Assembly (NCBI GenBank): GCA_964372855.1
Contig: CAYJRY010000003.1
Span: forward strand, 848-51,720
Source of the DNA: an uncultured Gammaproteobacteria bacterium
GTDB taxonomy: Bacteria > Patescibacteriota > Microgenomatia > Levybacterales > UBA12049
Direction of reading: 5' to 3'
Length of the DNA: 50,873 bases
The notes below the pieces were generated by a model, which saw nothing but the letters and a program-made list of their open reading frames with translations, was not told the origin of the DNA and made no database searches. Position numbers and translations under genes: made by a program. The first letter of the stretch is position 1. Every line of letters starts with the position of its first letter. This document shows, piece by piece, positions 1-8,479 of the stretch.

Positions 1-1
1 G

Positions 2-2053
2 TTTAACTATCTTCTTTACCAGGGTACCTCTATGGCAGCTCCTCATGTGGCAGGAGTAGTTGCTCTTATGCACGCAAAGGATATGACGCTTACCCCTGAT
101 CAAATAGAAATTGATTTAAGAGATAGAGGAGACGTTATTTTCTCTGATAAAGCAATTGGCAAAAGACTAAATGCATGCAAAACTCTTGGAGACGAAAACT
201 ATTGCCCTCCTAATCCCACCCCTACTCCGATTCCAACACCTATACCTTTTGCTATGAATAGTTTTGGAAAAACAGCTGTGTTCGATGGAAAAACTTCGTA
301 TATTAGTATACCTGGATTTAATACAAATCTACAATCGGACTTTACTATAGAAGTCTGGTTTAAAGGTCCTAAACGTTTAACGACGTCTCTATTGCCGATA
401 ATTGATAAAGTTAATCCTATAGGTAATCCTACCCCTCTTTTTCTTGGTATAGGAAATACCAAATTTGATAGTAATCTACTACAGCACTATTTTGCGGGAG
501 TAAGTGAACAAGATAATAATTCTTCTTCCTGCCTTTTTGGTGCTGAAGGAGGAAAATTCATTGATTTTTATAAACAAGTAGATGAAGAGACAATTAGTGC
601 TTGGCAACATATTGCAATTGTAATATCTAAAGAGGGAGTATTAGATCTTTTCATAGATGGACACAAGGTGGAACAAGAGTCTGCAGTAAAAGTAGCTAGG
701 CCATGTAAAAACGATCTACCTCTAACTATTGGGGCTTTAATGAATGTGAATAAAAATCCTGAAGCTTTCTTCGAAGGATTGATAGATGAAGTCCGTATCT
801 CAAATATAGCAAGATATTCGTCCAACTTTATTCCTATTGCAGAGCCATTCATTCCGGACACAAACACAATGGCGCTATATCATTTTGATGGAGAAGCTCA
901 AGATGCAACTGGGAATGGTAATGATGGACAGATATTTGGTGATTTACACTTTGTAGGTGAACTTCCTCGTCCCGACCTCCTACCTACCTCCCTCTCAACC
1001 ACAACCTTCGTCCAATACCCAGGAGGGAATATTAAGGTTCCTCATTCAATCAAAAACCAAGGAACAGCAACAGCTTCTGCTATTGTCACAGAGTTTCATC
1101 TATCAAAGGACCAAGTATACGGTGGAGCAGATGATATAGTCTTTACTAACAAAAGAAATATATCTTCTTTAGCACCCGGACAAACAAGCTCTACTACTGC
1201 CTGGACAATATCTATTCCCTCATCAACTCCTCTTGGCAACTATTATATCTGTGCAATGGCAGATAGTATTAATACCAATACAGAGTCTTCGGAAACAAAC
1301 AATACTTTGTGTACCACATCAACTATAAAAGTAGCTTTACCTGATCTTGTAGTAACATCTCATGGTAGTGTAACTTCTGCTTACACAGGAACTAATATTT
1401 CTATACCAATAACCATCTCAAATAAGGGTGAAGGACCATCGAAATCTATTGATATTGGAATATATCTTTCCAAAGACAATATAATCACAACCTCTGATAC
1501 TCGTATCTCAACTCTTACTTTGTCTTCTGGACTTTCCCCTAACGCAACTAAATCTTCTAACCCTTCAGGAAATTTAGCCTCAACTCTTACCCCAGGAGTT
1601 TACTACCTTGGAGCTATAGCTGATTACAATCAAAAAGTAAAAGAAACCAATGAATGGAATAATACACTCCTTGGTAATCAAATCACAATTCTTCCTGGAG
1701 CAGATCTTGTTGTAACATCTGTCACTGGTCCATCAGAGGCAATTATTGGTACTTCAATTGGTATTACTACAACAACCAAAAACCAAGGATTAGGATCAGT
1801 CTCCTACTCAACAACAGGAATATATCTCTCAACTGATCAGTCTATTACAACCTCCGATATTCGTATCGGTACAATATCTGTTGGCTCTTTAGCTATTAAC
1901 CAATTACGTACTGCAACTGCAACTCTTACTCTTCCATCAACCCTAACACCAGGAGAATACTACCTAGGAGCCATTGCTGATTATGACAATAAAAGATATG
2001 AATCAGATGAGAATAATAATGGACTGGTGGGGAATGGGATTACGGTGCAGTAA
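2..2053 (+). CDS. Secreted subtilisin-like (S8) serine peptidase, C-terminal part (5' end lies off-window), fused to a LamG/concanavalin-like domain and three CARDB-like repeats
   Basis: The frame is open from nt 2 and reads ...GTSMAAPHVAG, the S8 catalytic-Ser motif. A PTPTPIPTPIP linker follows, then a LamG-like pattern (FTIEVWFK..WQHIAIV..LFIDG..EVRISN). Three ~120-aa repeats start PDL(L/V)xTS / ADLVVTS at nt 971, 1340 and 1700 and end YY(L/I)(G/C)A(I/M)AD..E..NN. Confidence 0.8.
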   Translation, partial: FNYLLYQGTSMAAPHVAGVVALMHAKDMTLTPDQIEIDLRDRGDVIFSDKAIGKRLNACKTLGDENYCPPNPTPTPIPTPIPFAMNSFGKTAVFDGKTSYISIPGFNTNLQSDFTIEVWFKGPKRLTTSLLPIIDKVNPIGNPTPLFLGIGNTKFDSNLLQHYFAGVSEQDNNSSSCLFGAEGGKFIDFYKQVDEETISAWQHIAIVISKEGVLDLFIDGHKVEQESAVKVARPCKNDLPLTIGALMNVNKNPEAFFEGLIDEVRISNIARYSSNFIPIAEPFIPDTNTMALYHFDGEAQDATGNGNDGQIFGDLHFVGELPRPDLLPTSLSTTTFVQYPGGNIKVPHSIKNQGTATASAIVTEFHLSKDQVYGGADDIVFTNKRNISSLAPGQTSSTTAWTISIPSSTPLGNYYICAMADSINTNTESSETNNTLCTTSTIKVALPDLVVTSHGSVTSAYTGTNISIPITISNKGEGPSKSIDIGIYLSKDNIITTSDTRISTLTLSSGLSPNATKSSNPSGNLASTLTPGVYYLGAIADYNQKVKETNEWNNTLLGNQITILPGADLVVTSVTGPSEAIIGTSIGITTTTKNQGLGSVSYSTTGIYLSTDQSITTSDIRIGTISVGSLAINQLRTATATLTLPSTLTPGEYYLGAIADYDNKRYESDENNNGLVGNGITVQ

Positions 2054-2107
2054 TCAGTTAACTTGTCAGTTTATGTAATGCTATAGCGGTGTGATATTAT
2101 CTAAATT

Positions 2108-3355
2108 ATGGAATTTCAAGATGTAATCGAAGAAAAATATTTTACTAAAAATTCCTCTTTTCCTAGTAACCCAAAACCTAAAAGAAAATTATTTTTTAAA
2201 TTAGTTTCTATATTTTTGCCTATTTTAATAATTATCATTCTTTCATATCTTTTCCTAATTCATCCTTACCAAGTGTCTGGATCGCCCATAAAACCATTTG
2301 CGTATAGAGATATTGTACTGACTGAAAGAATATCGTATCTTTTTAAAAAACCACAAGTGGGTGATAGAGTAATTTTCAAACCAGAAGATTATCAAAATGA
2401 TTTCGTAGGTGTAATTACGAAAATAGACAATAACAATACATATACGGTACAATCATCTAAAGGAAGTCCGTGGAATGTAACTAAAGATAAAATAAAAAAT
2501 AAAATTTATTATCCTTTTATTTCAAATGAGGAAGTGTTAAAAATAGTATCTGAAGAAGAAAAAACTTTTCCATCTCCTACAGTTACACCTTCCCAAGTTA
2601 TATTCCCTACAATGAAACAGCTAATACCAACAAAGACCTTGTCTCAAATAACGCCTTCTGCGAAAAATACTATAACATCTACCCTAACTCCTAAGCCAAC
2701 TAGTATACGAGATACCACTGCTCCACAGATAACTCAGATGACTGGACCAGGCGATGGTTCTGTTATAGAATTTAATAATTTTTGCTTTCCAATTTATGCA
2801 ACTGATAATATATCTAAATCTTCAGGTATAAAAGTTAGATCTAGATTTGATTCCCAGGATTGGACAGCATGGTCAACAGATTTTTCTCAATGTTTTCAGA
2901 ATATTTCAAGTGGTAATCATACATTTTCAGCACAAGTTAGAGATGAAGCAGGTAATGAATCAAATATTATTACAAGAACTTTTACTGTCAGTGTGCCGCA
3001 AGATATATCAGTTGCGATAGGAGGACATAATTTTTCTGATACAAATTGCAATGGAATTAGAGATGCGGGCGAAAGTAATATTAACAACAATAGCACAACT
3101 GCATATCTTTATCGTATGCCAGAGTTTAGCATATTTACTTCAACATCAACAGATAACTTAGGATACTATTATCTCTCAAAAAATATAAAGGAAAATGAAT
3201 CTATAACTGTACAGCTAAGCCTTGTAGCGCCGTCAGGTTATAAAAGTAATCCTAACTTCAATCTTCCTCAATTCACTTTTAATAAAAATAATAAATCTGC
3301 AACTATTGACTGGCCTTCAGTACCATACGAGAATATTTATTCATGCTCTCCTTAA
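2108..3355 (+). CDS. Membrane-anchored protein: degenerate signal-peptidase-I (S26)-like domain, then an Ig-like domain, then an SdrD-B/Cna-B-like domain
   Basis: N-terminal TM segment. 'VSGSPIKP' and 'GDRVIFKP' resemble S26 boxes B and C, but no GDNxxxSxDSR box is visible. 'GNHTFSAQVRDEAGNES' looks like an Ig-like/Y_Y_Y-type strand. 'FSDTNCNGIRDAGE...GYYYL' resembles an SdrD B-repeat. Confidence 0.5.
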   Translation: MEFQDVIEEKYFTKNSSFPSNPKPKRKLFFKLVSIFLPILIIIILSYLFLIHPYQVSGSPIKPFAYRDIVLTERISYLFKKPQVGDRVIFKPEDYQNDFVGVITKIDNNNTYTVQSSKGSPWNVTKDKIKNKIYYPFISNEEVLKIVSEEEKTFPSPTVTPSQVIFPTMKQLIPTKTLSQITPSAKNTITSTLTPKPTSIRDTTAPQITQMTGPGDGSVIEFNNFCFPIYATDNISKSSGIKVRSRFDSQDWTAWSTDFSQCFQNISSGNHTFSAQVRDEAGNESNIITRTFTVSVPQDISVAIGGHNFSDTNCNGIRDAGESNINNNSTTAYLYRMPEFSIFTSTSTDNLGYYYLSKNIKENESITVQLSLVAPSGYKSNPNFNLPQFTFNKNNKSATIDWPSVPYENIYSCSP

Positions 3356-3445
3356 CATCTTAACGGAATTATATGTTGTTTTTATCTCCACTTATTTCTG
3401 GGATTGACAGAGTTAATGTCTTGGTAGTAGTATTAAACTTGAAAT

Positions 3446-3949
3446 ATGAAAACATTGTATTGGTTACTAATACAGCTATTGCCTTATAAAGTTGCGTATG
3501 CACATTGTGATATTCCGTGTGGGATATATGATCCTCATATGGCGCAAATGGCAGCTCATACCGTGATAAGAATGACACAAATGATAAATGATTTGACTGT
3601 AAAAGGAGAGCCAGAATTTGAAGAAAGAAAAAAGATTATTCATCAAATTGCGCGGCTTACAAAAGTAAAAGAAGAGCACGCAGAGCTAGTAAAACATGAG
3701 GTAAGGGTTTTGTGGGCAGATTATTTCAAAGAAGAACATCTTAAAAAATATCCAGATCTTCATGAATTAGTATTTAAAATTATGAAGCTTGCTTCGCGTG
3801 CAAGACAGGAAATAAATATTGATGCTGCTGAAGAACTTTTAAAGAATGTGCAAAAGTTGGCAATAATATTTTTCGAAACAAAAGGATTGCAATCTGTGCG
3901 AGTTAAATCTCCTTATCCCACAGGATTAGAAATTGTTCTACATAAGTAA
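3446..3949 (+). CDS. sodN: Nickel superoxide dismutase precursor
   Basis: A 19-aa leader is followed by HCDIPCGIYDP, the Ni-hook motif H-C-x-x-P-C-G-x-Y at the predicted mature N-terminus. Size (167 aa) and helical remainder are typical of NiSOD. Confidence 0.9.
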   Translation: MKTLYWLLIQLLPYKVAYAHCDIPCGIYDPHMAQMAAHTVIRMTQMINDLTVKGEPEFEERKKIIHQIARLTKVKEEHAELVKHEVRVLWADYFKEEHLKKYPDLHELVFKIMKLASRARQEINIDAAEELLKNVQKLAIIFFETKGLQSVRVKSPYPTGLEIVLHK

Positions 3950-3950
3950 C

Positions 3951-4250
3951 ATGTTTTTTGCAATCTTTAAGATTTCAGGCCACAGTATGGAGCCCACAAT
4001 TCAGGATAATCAAATGGTTTTTGTAAGCAGACTCCCCTTCTTATTATTCAAGCCAAGAATTGGAGATATTATAGCTTTTAGAAATAAGGATCAGGTGTTT
4101 ATAAAAAGGATTATTAAAATAAATAGTGAAAAATATTTTATAGCTGGAGATAATAAGAAAGATAGTTTTGATAGTAGAAGATTAGGATGGATAGATAAAA
4201 AACAAATTCTTGGTAAAGTAATAATAAATTCCAAATTCAAAAAGTTTTGA
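3951..4250 (+). CDS. sodX: NiSOD maturation protease (S26 signal-peptidase family)
   Basis: SGHSMEPT (Ser box), FIKRII (Lys box) and GDNKKDSFDSRRLGW (box E) are all present. It lies immediately downstream of sodN. The ATG at 3951 is preferred over the TTG at 3933, which overlaps sodN. Confidence 0.85.
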   Translation: MFFAIFKISGHSMEPTIQDNQMVFVSRLPFLLFKPRIGDIIAFRNKDQVFIKRIIKINSEKYFIAGDNKKDSFDSRRLGWIDKKQILGKVIINSKFKKF

Positions 4251-4310
4251 GTTTTGATCATTGGGATTTTGAGCATTATTTAGAATTTGGTGCTTAAGAT
4301 TTAGAATTTT
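4245..4310. repeat. 7-nt-periodic array filling the sodX to methyltransferase spacer
   Basis: Reads in phase as tttgagt|tttgatc|attggga|ttttgag|cattatt|tagaatt|tggtgct|taagatt|tagaatt. Contains the core ATTTGGTGCTTAAGAT, shared with 17986 and 19783. Confidence 0.75.
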
Positions 4311-4315
4311 CTTAT

Positions 4316-4840
4316 ATGTTTTTTTGGATTTTCAATTTAGTATTAATTTTGATAATTATATTTTTGTTGATTTTACTGTCTTGGTTTTGGCCGCCTGATA
4401 GTCCATGGGCGCCATGGTGGAGAACGGATAGAAAAACTGCACGAGCTATGTGTAGATTGGCAAAGGTGGGTAAGAAAGATATTGTTTATGATCTGGGATC
4501 AGGCGATGGAACAGCTCTTATTGTTGCTGCTAAAGAATTTGGCGCTAAGTGCGCTGGAATAGAAATAGATCCGCTTCGAGCAATTCTTTCTACTTTAATA
4601 ATATATATTATTAAAGCGTACGACAAAGTGAAAATTAAGAGAGAAAACTTTTTTAATACTAACATCTCCGAGGCGACAGTTGTATTTGTTTATCTAGTCC
4701 CGAGAGCATTAAATAGACTTTTGCCAAAATTCAAAAAAGAGCTTCGCAAAGGAACGCGAATAGTTAGTTATCGATATGAAATAAACTTACCATTGGAAAA
4801 ATATGATAAAGAAAATAATATCAGGATGTATAAAATTTGA
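4316..4840 (+). CDS. Membrane-anchored class I SAM-dependent methyltransferase
   Basis: N-terminal hydrophobic segment. Motif I 'VYDLGSGDGTALIVAA' followed by 'GIEIDP' (acidic post-I). Confidence 0.7.
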   Translation: MFFWIFNLVLILIIIFLLILLSWFWPPDSPWAPWWRTDRKTARAMCRLAKVGKKDIVYDLGSGDGTALIVAAKEFGAKCAGIEIDPLRAILSTLIIYIIKAYDKVKIKRENFFNTNISEATVVFVYLVPRALNRLLPKFKKELRKGTRIVSYRYEINLPLEKYDKENNIRMYKI

Positions 4841-4844
4841 ACGT

Positions 4845-5912
4845 TTAAAATTTAAGTTTCAAAAAAAACCAACGTATTTTATCTAAGAATTTATACACCT
4901 GATAAAGAAGGAAATTTACAACAAGATCATAACTTCCGATAAATTCTACAAGTTGCGGTCCATATCCTTGCTTGAATCTATGAAATCCATACCATGGATC
5001 TTTGGGGTCAGGCGTTGGGCCGAGCGAACCCCACATATCAAATCTTTTTAATCCTAATTTTTTGCCAAATTTAATTACTTCCCACATCATAAGATTTGAT
5101 GCCATAACTTCTCTATAATGAGTTGATGATGCGCCATATGGATAATAAAGAGTGTCACCATAAACAAAGACGATCCAAGCCACAAGAGGTATTGGTTGTT
5201 GGCTATTAATTTTTGGTTGATAGTTTGCTAGAAATAAATGGGCAGTGAGTTTATCTTTATCTAAATTTCCCATCTTCGATTTTCCCTGTCTCACCATCAG
5301 GCGGGTATTTTCCATTTTCCGAGGACTTAAGGCTTCCCACATCAATCTATGATAGTTTTCTGTATGCGCATAGAAGCCCTGACGTTTAGTTGTTTCTTTG
5401 GTTAGTTTTAGATACGTTTCAAATGCATCATCAGAGTTATCCTCAACTATTTTTACACCATGTTTTAGCGCAACCCTTATATTGTATCGAGTCTTAGGAT
5501 GCATATCAGCCAGCAGCTCTTGTTCACTTTTGGTAAGATCCAAGATAAAAGTATATCTTGTAAATAACGGATGCGCTGCTGGCTGCAATTTCCAATTTCC
5601 AATTTCCAATTTCCAATCATTTTGAGATTTGGGATTTGAAATTTGAGATTTTTCGATGTTTGGTTCCAATTGAATAAAAATGCATTTTTCCTGTTTTCCA
5701 ATTTCTATTAATTTAGTCAACATTTCTTTATCTGGAAGTGGGCCTTTTGGTATATAACCGATAGTCCAAGGAAGGTGGGCCTTGCCTGCCGGCAGGCAGG
5801 GGATTTTGTGAATAGTTAATTGAAAATTCTTTTCTCTAATTACTTTAATTCCTGTTTTTTGCCTAAATTCACCCCACTGCCTTGACTGAAGAGGATGTAT
5901 ATTCATAACCAT
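4845..5912 (-). CDS. FemAB-family peptidyltransferase (peptidoglycan cross-bridge formation type)
   Basis: N-terminus 'HPLQSRQWGEFRQKTG' and C-terminal 'GASSTHYREVMASNLMMWEVIKFGKKLGLKRFDMWG..GFHRFKQGYG' match the FemAB/lipid II aminoacyl-transferase pattern. Confidence 0.75.
   Translation of the reverse strand: MVMNIHPLQSRQWGEFRQKTGIKVIREKNFQLTIHKIPCLPAGKAHLPWTIGYIPKGPLPDKEMLTKLIEIGKQEKCIFIQLEPNIEKSQISNPKSQNDWKLEIGNWKLQPAAHPLFTRYTFILDLTKSEQELLADMHPKTRYNIRVALKHGVKIVEDNSDDAFETYLKLTKETTKRQGFYAHTENYHRLMWEALSPRKMENTRLMVRQGKSKMGNLDKDKLTAHLFLANYQPKINSQQPIPLVAWIVFVYGDTLYYPYGASSTHYREVMASNLMMWEVIKFGKKLGLKRFDMWGSLGPTPDPKDPWYGFHRFKQGYGPQLVEFIGSYDLVVNFLLYQVYKFLDKIRWFFLKLKF
5586..5653. repeat. Composite double heptamer array inside the FemAB-like CDS
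   Basis: (caatttc)x4 + caatcat + tttgaga|tttggga|tttgaaa|tttgaga, with the 7-nt phase kept across the junction. Translates in frame to KSQISNPKSQNDWKLEIGNWKLQ. Confidence 0.85.
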
Positions 5913-7720
5913 TCTGTATTTTCGGTTTTTTCAATCTTAAATCCATATAGGTTTTTTTCAAGTACTTCTTGCGGAAGCTCCAGGACAAAACGTGAAACAA
6001 TATTTGAAGTCCTTTGTCCAAAAAATAACCTTTTTTGGGAATAGCTTAAAAAAAGTTTTTGCTTTGCCCTGGTCATTCCCACATAGCAAAGTCTTCTTTC
6101 TTCTTCAAGTTCCTGTTTTTCCATAAGACTTCTGCTATGTGGAAACAATCCTTCTTCCATACCAATCATAAATACAACCGGGAATTCTAACCCTTTTGCA
6201 GCATGAAGTGTCATAAGTGTTATTGCATTTTTCTTAAACCCATTTGACTTGGGATGATCAGGCAGGTATTCTTGCTCAACAAGCGCAACATTTTCCAAAA
6301 ATTGTGATAAATTTGGAAATTCAATAGCAACAGAACGAAGCTCTTTGATATTTTCGAGTCTTTCCTGATCTTGCGGATCATGTTCGTCGTAAAGAGTTAA
6401 ATATTCAGTTTTTTTTAAGACCTCATCTAAAATTTCAATGGTGGGTTTATCGCTAAAGCGTTTTTGAAATTCAAGAAATTTCTGAAGTCTACCTTTTCCC
6501 AGCTTTTCAATTCGTTTTAATGACACTTTGTCTTTGGGGTTTGAAAGTACTCGTAAATATGAAAGCACATCTTTTATTTCGCGTCTTTCATAAAATCGTG
6601 TTCCTCCAATTAAAAGATATGGTATTCCATGATGCAGAAAAACTTCCTCCAGCACTCTTGATTGCGCGTTTGTTCTATATAAGACTGCAATGTCAGAAAG
6701 GGAATATCCTTGAATTTGCCGCAAGATAAATTCTACTTCATCTTGCTCGTTTCTTGCTTCATAAATAACAATATCTTCTCCATTTTCATTTTCTGTCCAA
6801 AGCTTAAGTACTGGATGAGTTGTATTTTTAGCAATTACAGAAGAGGCCGCATCCAGAATTTTTTGCGTTGATCTGTAGTTTTGTGATAAAGAAAATATTT
6901 TTGTGTCGTTGAAATCTTCTCTAAATTTACTAAGATTGGTAAAATCTGCGCCTCGCCAAGAATAAATGCTTTGAGAAAAGTCTCCAACAACACATATATT
7001 TTTATATTTACTTGCCAAGAGTTTTGTAAGAGAATATTGAGCATGATTGGTATCTTGGTATTCATCAATTAAGATATATTTATATTTATTTTGGTATTTA
7101 TCCAAAACTTCATTGTAGCTTTCAAAAAGATAAACTGTTTTTAGTAATAAATCATCAAAATCAAGCGCATGATTTTCCTTAAGCAATCTTTGGTAGACAG
7201 GATATATTCTTGCGACAATTTCTTGGAAATTCCCTCTTGCAACTTTTGAATATTCAGTTTCTGTTATTAGCTCATTTTTTGCTTGGGAGATGCTTGCTAA
7301 GATAGATGATGGTTTGTAATCTCTAATAGAAATATTTATCATTTTCATAGCTTCTTTTATTACATCTAATTGATCTTGAGTGTCATATATTGCAAAATCG
7401 GCAGGAATCCCAATGTGTATTCCATCCAGTCTTAATATTTTTGCGCATAGGGAATGAAATGTTGATATTGTTACCGAACCTGAGCTTGGAATTGCTCTTT
7501 GGACTCTTTCTTTCATTTCGTTTGCGGCTTTATTAGTGAATGTGACCATTAGGATATTAAAAGGATCTATGTTTTTTTCTTGAATTAGATATATGACTTT
7601 ATGCGTTAATACTCTTGTTTTCCCGGATCCTGCACCTGCTAGAATTATTATTGGACCGTCAGCGTGTTTAACGGCACGAGATTGATCTTTATTTAAGTCC
7701 TTGAAGATATCTTTGCGCAT
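5903..7720 (-). CDS. UvrD/PcrA/Rep-family ATP-dependent DNA helicase (short form, 605 aa)
   Basis: Walker A 'AGAGSGKT', motif II 'IDEYQDTN', 'TLHAAKGLEF' and 'YVGMTRAK'. Confidence 0.9.
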   Translation of the reverse strand: MRKDIFKDLNKDQSRAVKHADGPIIILAGAGSGKTRVLTHKVIYLIQEKNIDPFNILMVTFTNKAANEMKERVQRAIPSSGSVTISTFHSLCAKILRLDGIHIGIPADFAIYDTQDQLDVIKEAMKMINISIRDYKPSSILASISQAKNELITETEYSKVARGNFQEIVARIYPVYQRLLKENHALDFDDLLLKTVYLFESYNEVLDKYQNKYKYILIDEYQDTNHAQYSLTKLLASKYKNICVVGDFSQSIYSWRGADFTNLSKFREDFNDTKIFSLSQNYRSTQKILDAASSVIAKNTTHPVLKLWTENENGEDIVIYEARNEQDEVEFILRQIQGYSLSDIAVLYRTNAQSRVLEEVFLHHGIPYLLIGGTRFYERREIKDVLSYLRVLSNPKDKVSLKRIEKLGKGRLQKFLEFQKRFSDKPTIEILDEVLKKTEYLTLYDEHDPQDQERLENIKELRSVAIEFPNLSQFLENVALVEQEYLPDHPKSNGFKKNAITLMTLHAAKGLEFPVVFMIGMEEGLFPHSRSLMEKQELEEERRLCYVGMTRAKQKLFLSYSQKRLFFGQRTSNIVSRFVLELPQEVLEKNLYGFKIEKTENTEWL

Positions 7721-7777
7721 AACGTATAATTAATAGTATTGTCATTCTGACAATGAAACTTATTGTCATTTTACCAC

Positions 7778-8479
7778 ATGAGAAAGTTTTATATTATCGC
7801 TAATTGGAAATCGAATAAGACATTATCAGAGGCTGAAGATTGGATTGAGGGATTAAAGATTAAAGATTTAGAATTAATGAGTAAAGAAGCTATTGTTTGT
7901 CCTTCATTCACAAATCTTTCAATTCTTAAATCATTAATCATTAATCACAAATCAAATATTAAATTGGGGGCGCAGGATATTTCTCCGTTTGATGAAGGAG
8001 CCTTTACTGGAGAAGTCAATGGTAAACAAATCAAAGAATTCGCTGATTATGTGATTGTTGGCCATTCAGAAAGAAGAAATAATTTTGGAGAAGACGATGG
8101 AACAGTGAATCAAAAGTTAGATCGGGCTTTAAAATATGAACTCACTCCAATATTATGTGTTTCAAATCTTGATCAAGTTCAAAGTTCAAAATTCAAAGTT
8201 CAAAGTTACAGTTCAAAGTTCAAAATTGCGGAAATAATGTTAATAGCCTACGAGCCACTCTTTGCAATTGGGTCAGGAAATCCAGATACACCAGAGAACG
8301 CAGATAAGATGGCAAAAAATATAAAAGAAATTTTAGGTGAAATTCCAGTTTTGTATGGAGGAAGCGTTGATAAAAATAATGTCAAAAGTTTTACGACTAT
8401 GCCCAATATTGATGGAGTTTTGGTTGGAAAATCTAGTCTTGATGTCAAAGAATTTACGCAAATTATTCATAACTCGTAA
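7778..8479 (+). CDS. tpiA: Triosephosphate isomerase
   Basis: ANWKSN (Lys), GHSERR (His), AYEPLFAIGSG (Glu loop) and YGGSV. The ATG at 7778 is preferred over the TTG at 7763. Confidence 0.9.
   Translation: MRKFYIIANWKSNKTLSEAEDWIEGLKIKDLELMSKEAIVCPSFTNLSILKSLIINHKSNIKLGAQDISPFDEGAFTGEVNGKQIKEFADYVIVGHSERRNNFGEDDGTVNQKLDRALKYELTPILCVSNLDQVQSSKFKVQSYSSKFKIAEIMLIAYEPLFAIGSGNPDTPENADKMAKNIKEILGEIPVLYGGSVDKNNVKSFTTMPNIDGVLVGKSSLDVKEFTQIIHNS
8175..8224. repeat. GTTCAAA heptamer array inside tpiA
   Basis: gttcaaa|gttcaaa|attcaaa|gttcaaa|gttaca|gttcaaa|gttcaaa. Encodes VQSSKFKVQSYSSKFK between the 'ILCVS' strand and 'IAYEP'. The stretch 8175-8208 matches 20003-20036 at 33 of 34 positions. Confidence 0.9.

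Noticed and set aside
8337-8441. The ORF-track upstream starts for the LCP gene (8337), and likewise 7763, 9618, 13116, 27385, 43567 and 3933.
   Set aside because: These extensions overlap the preceding gene or add non-conserved residues before an obvious signal or TM segment. Downstream ATG codons give conventional N-termini.
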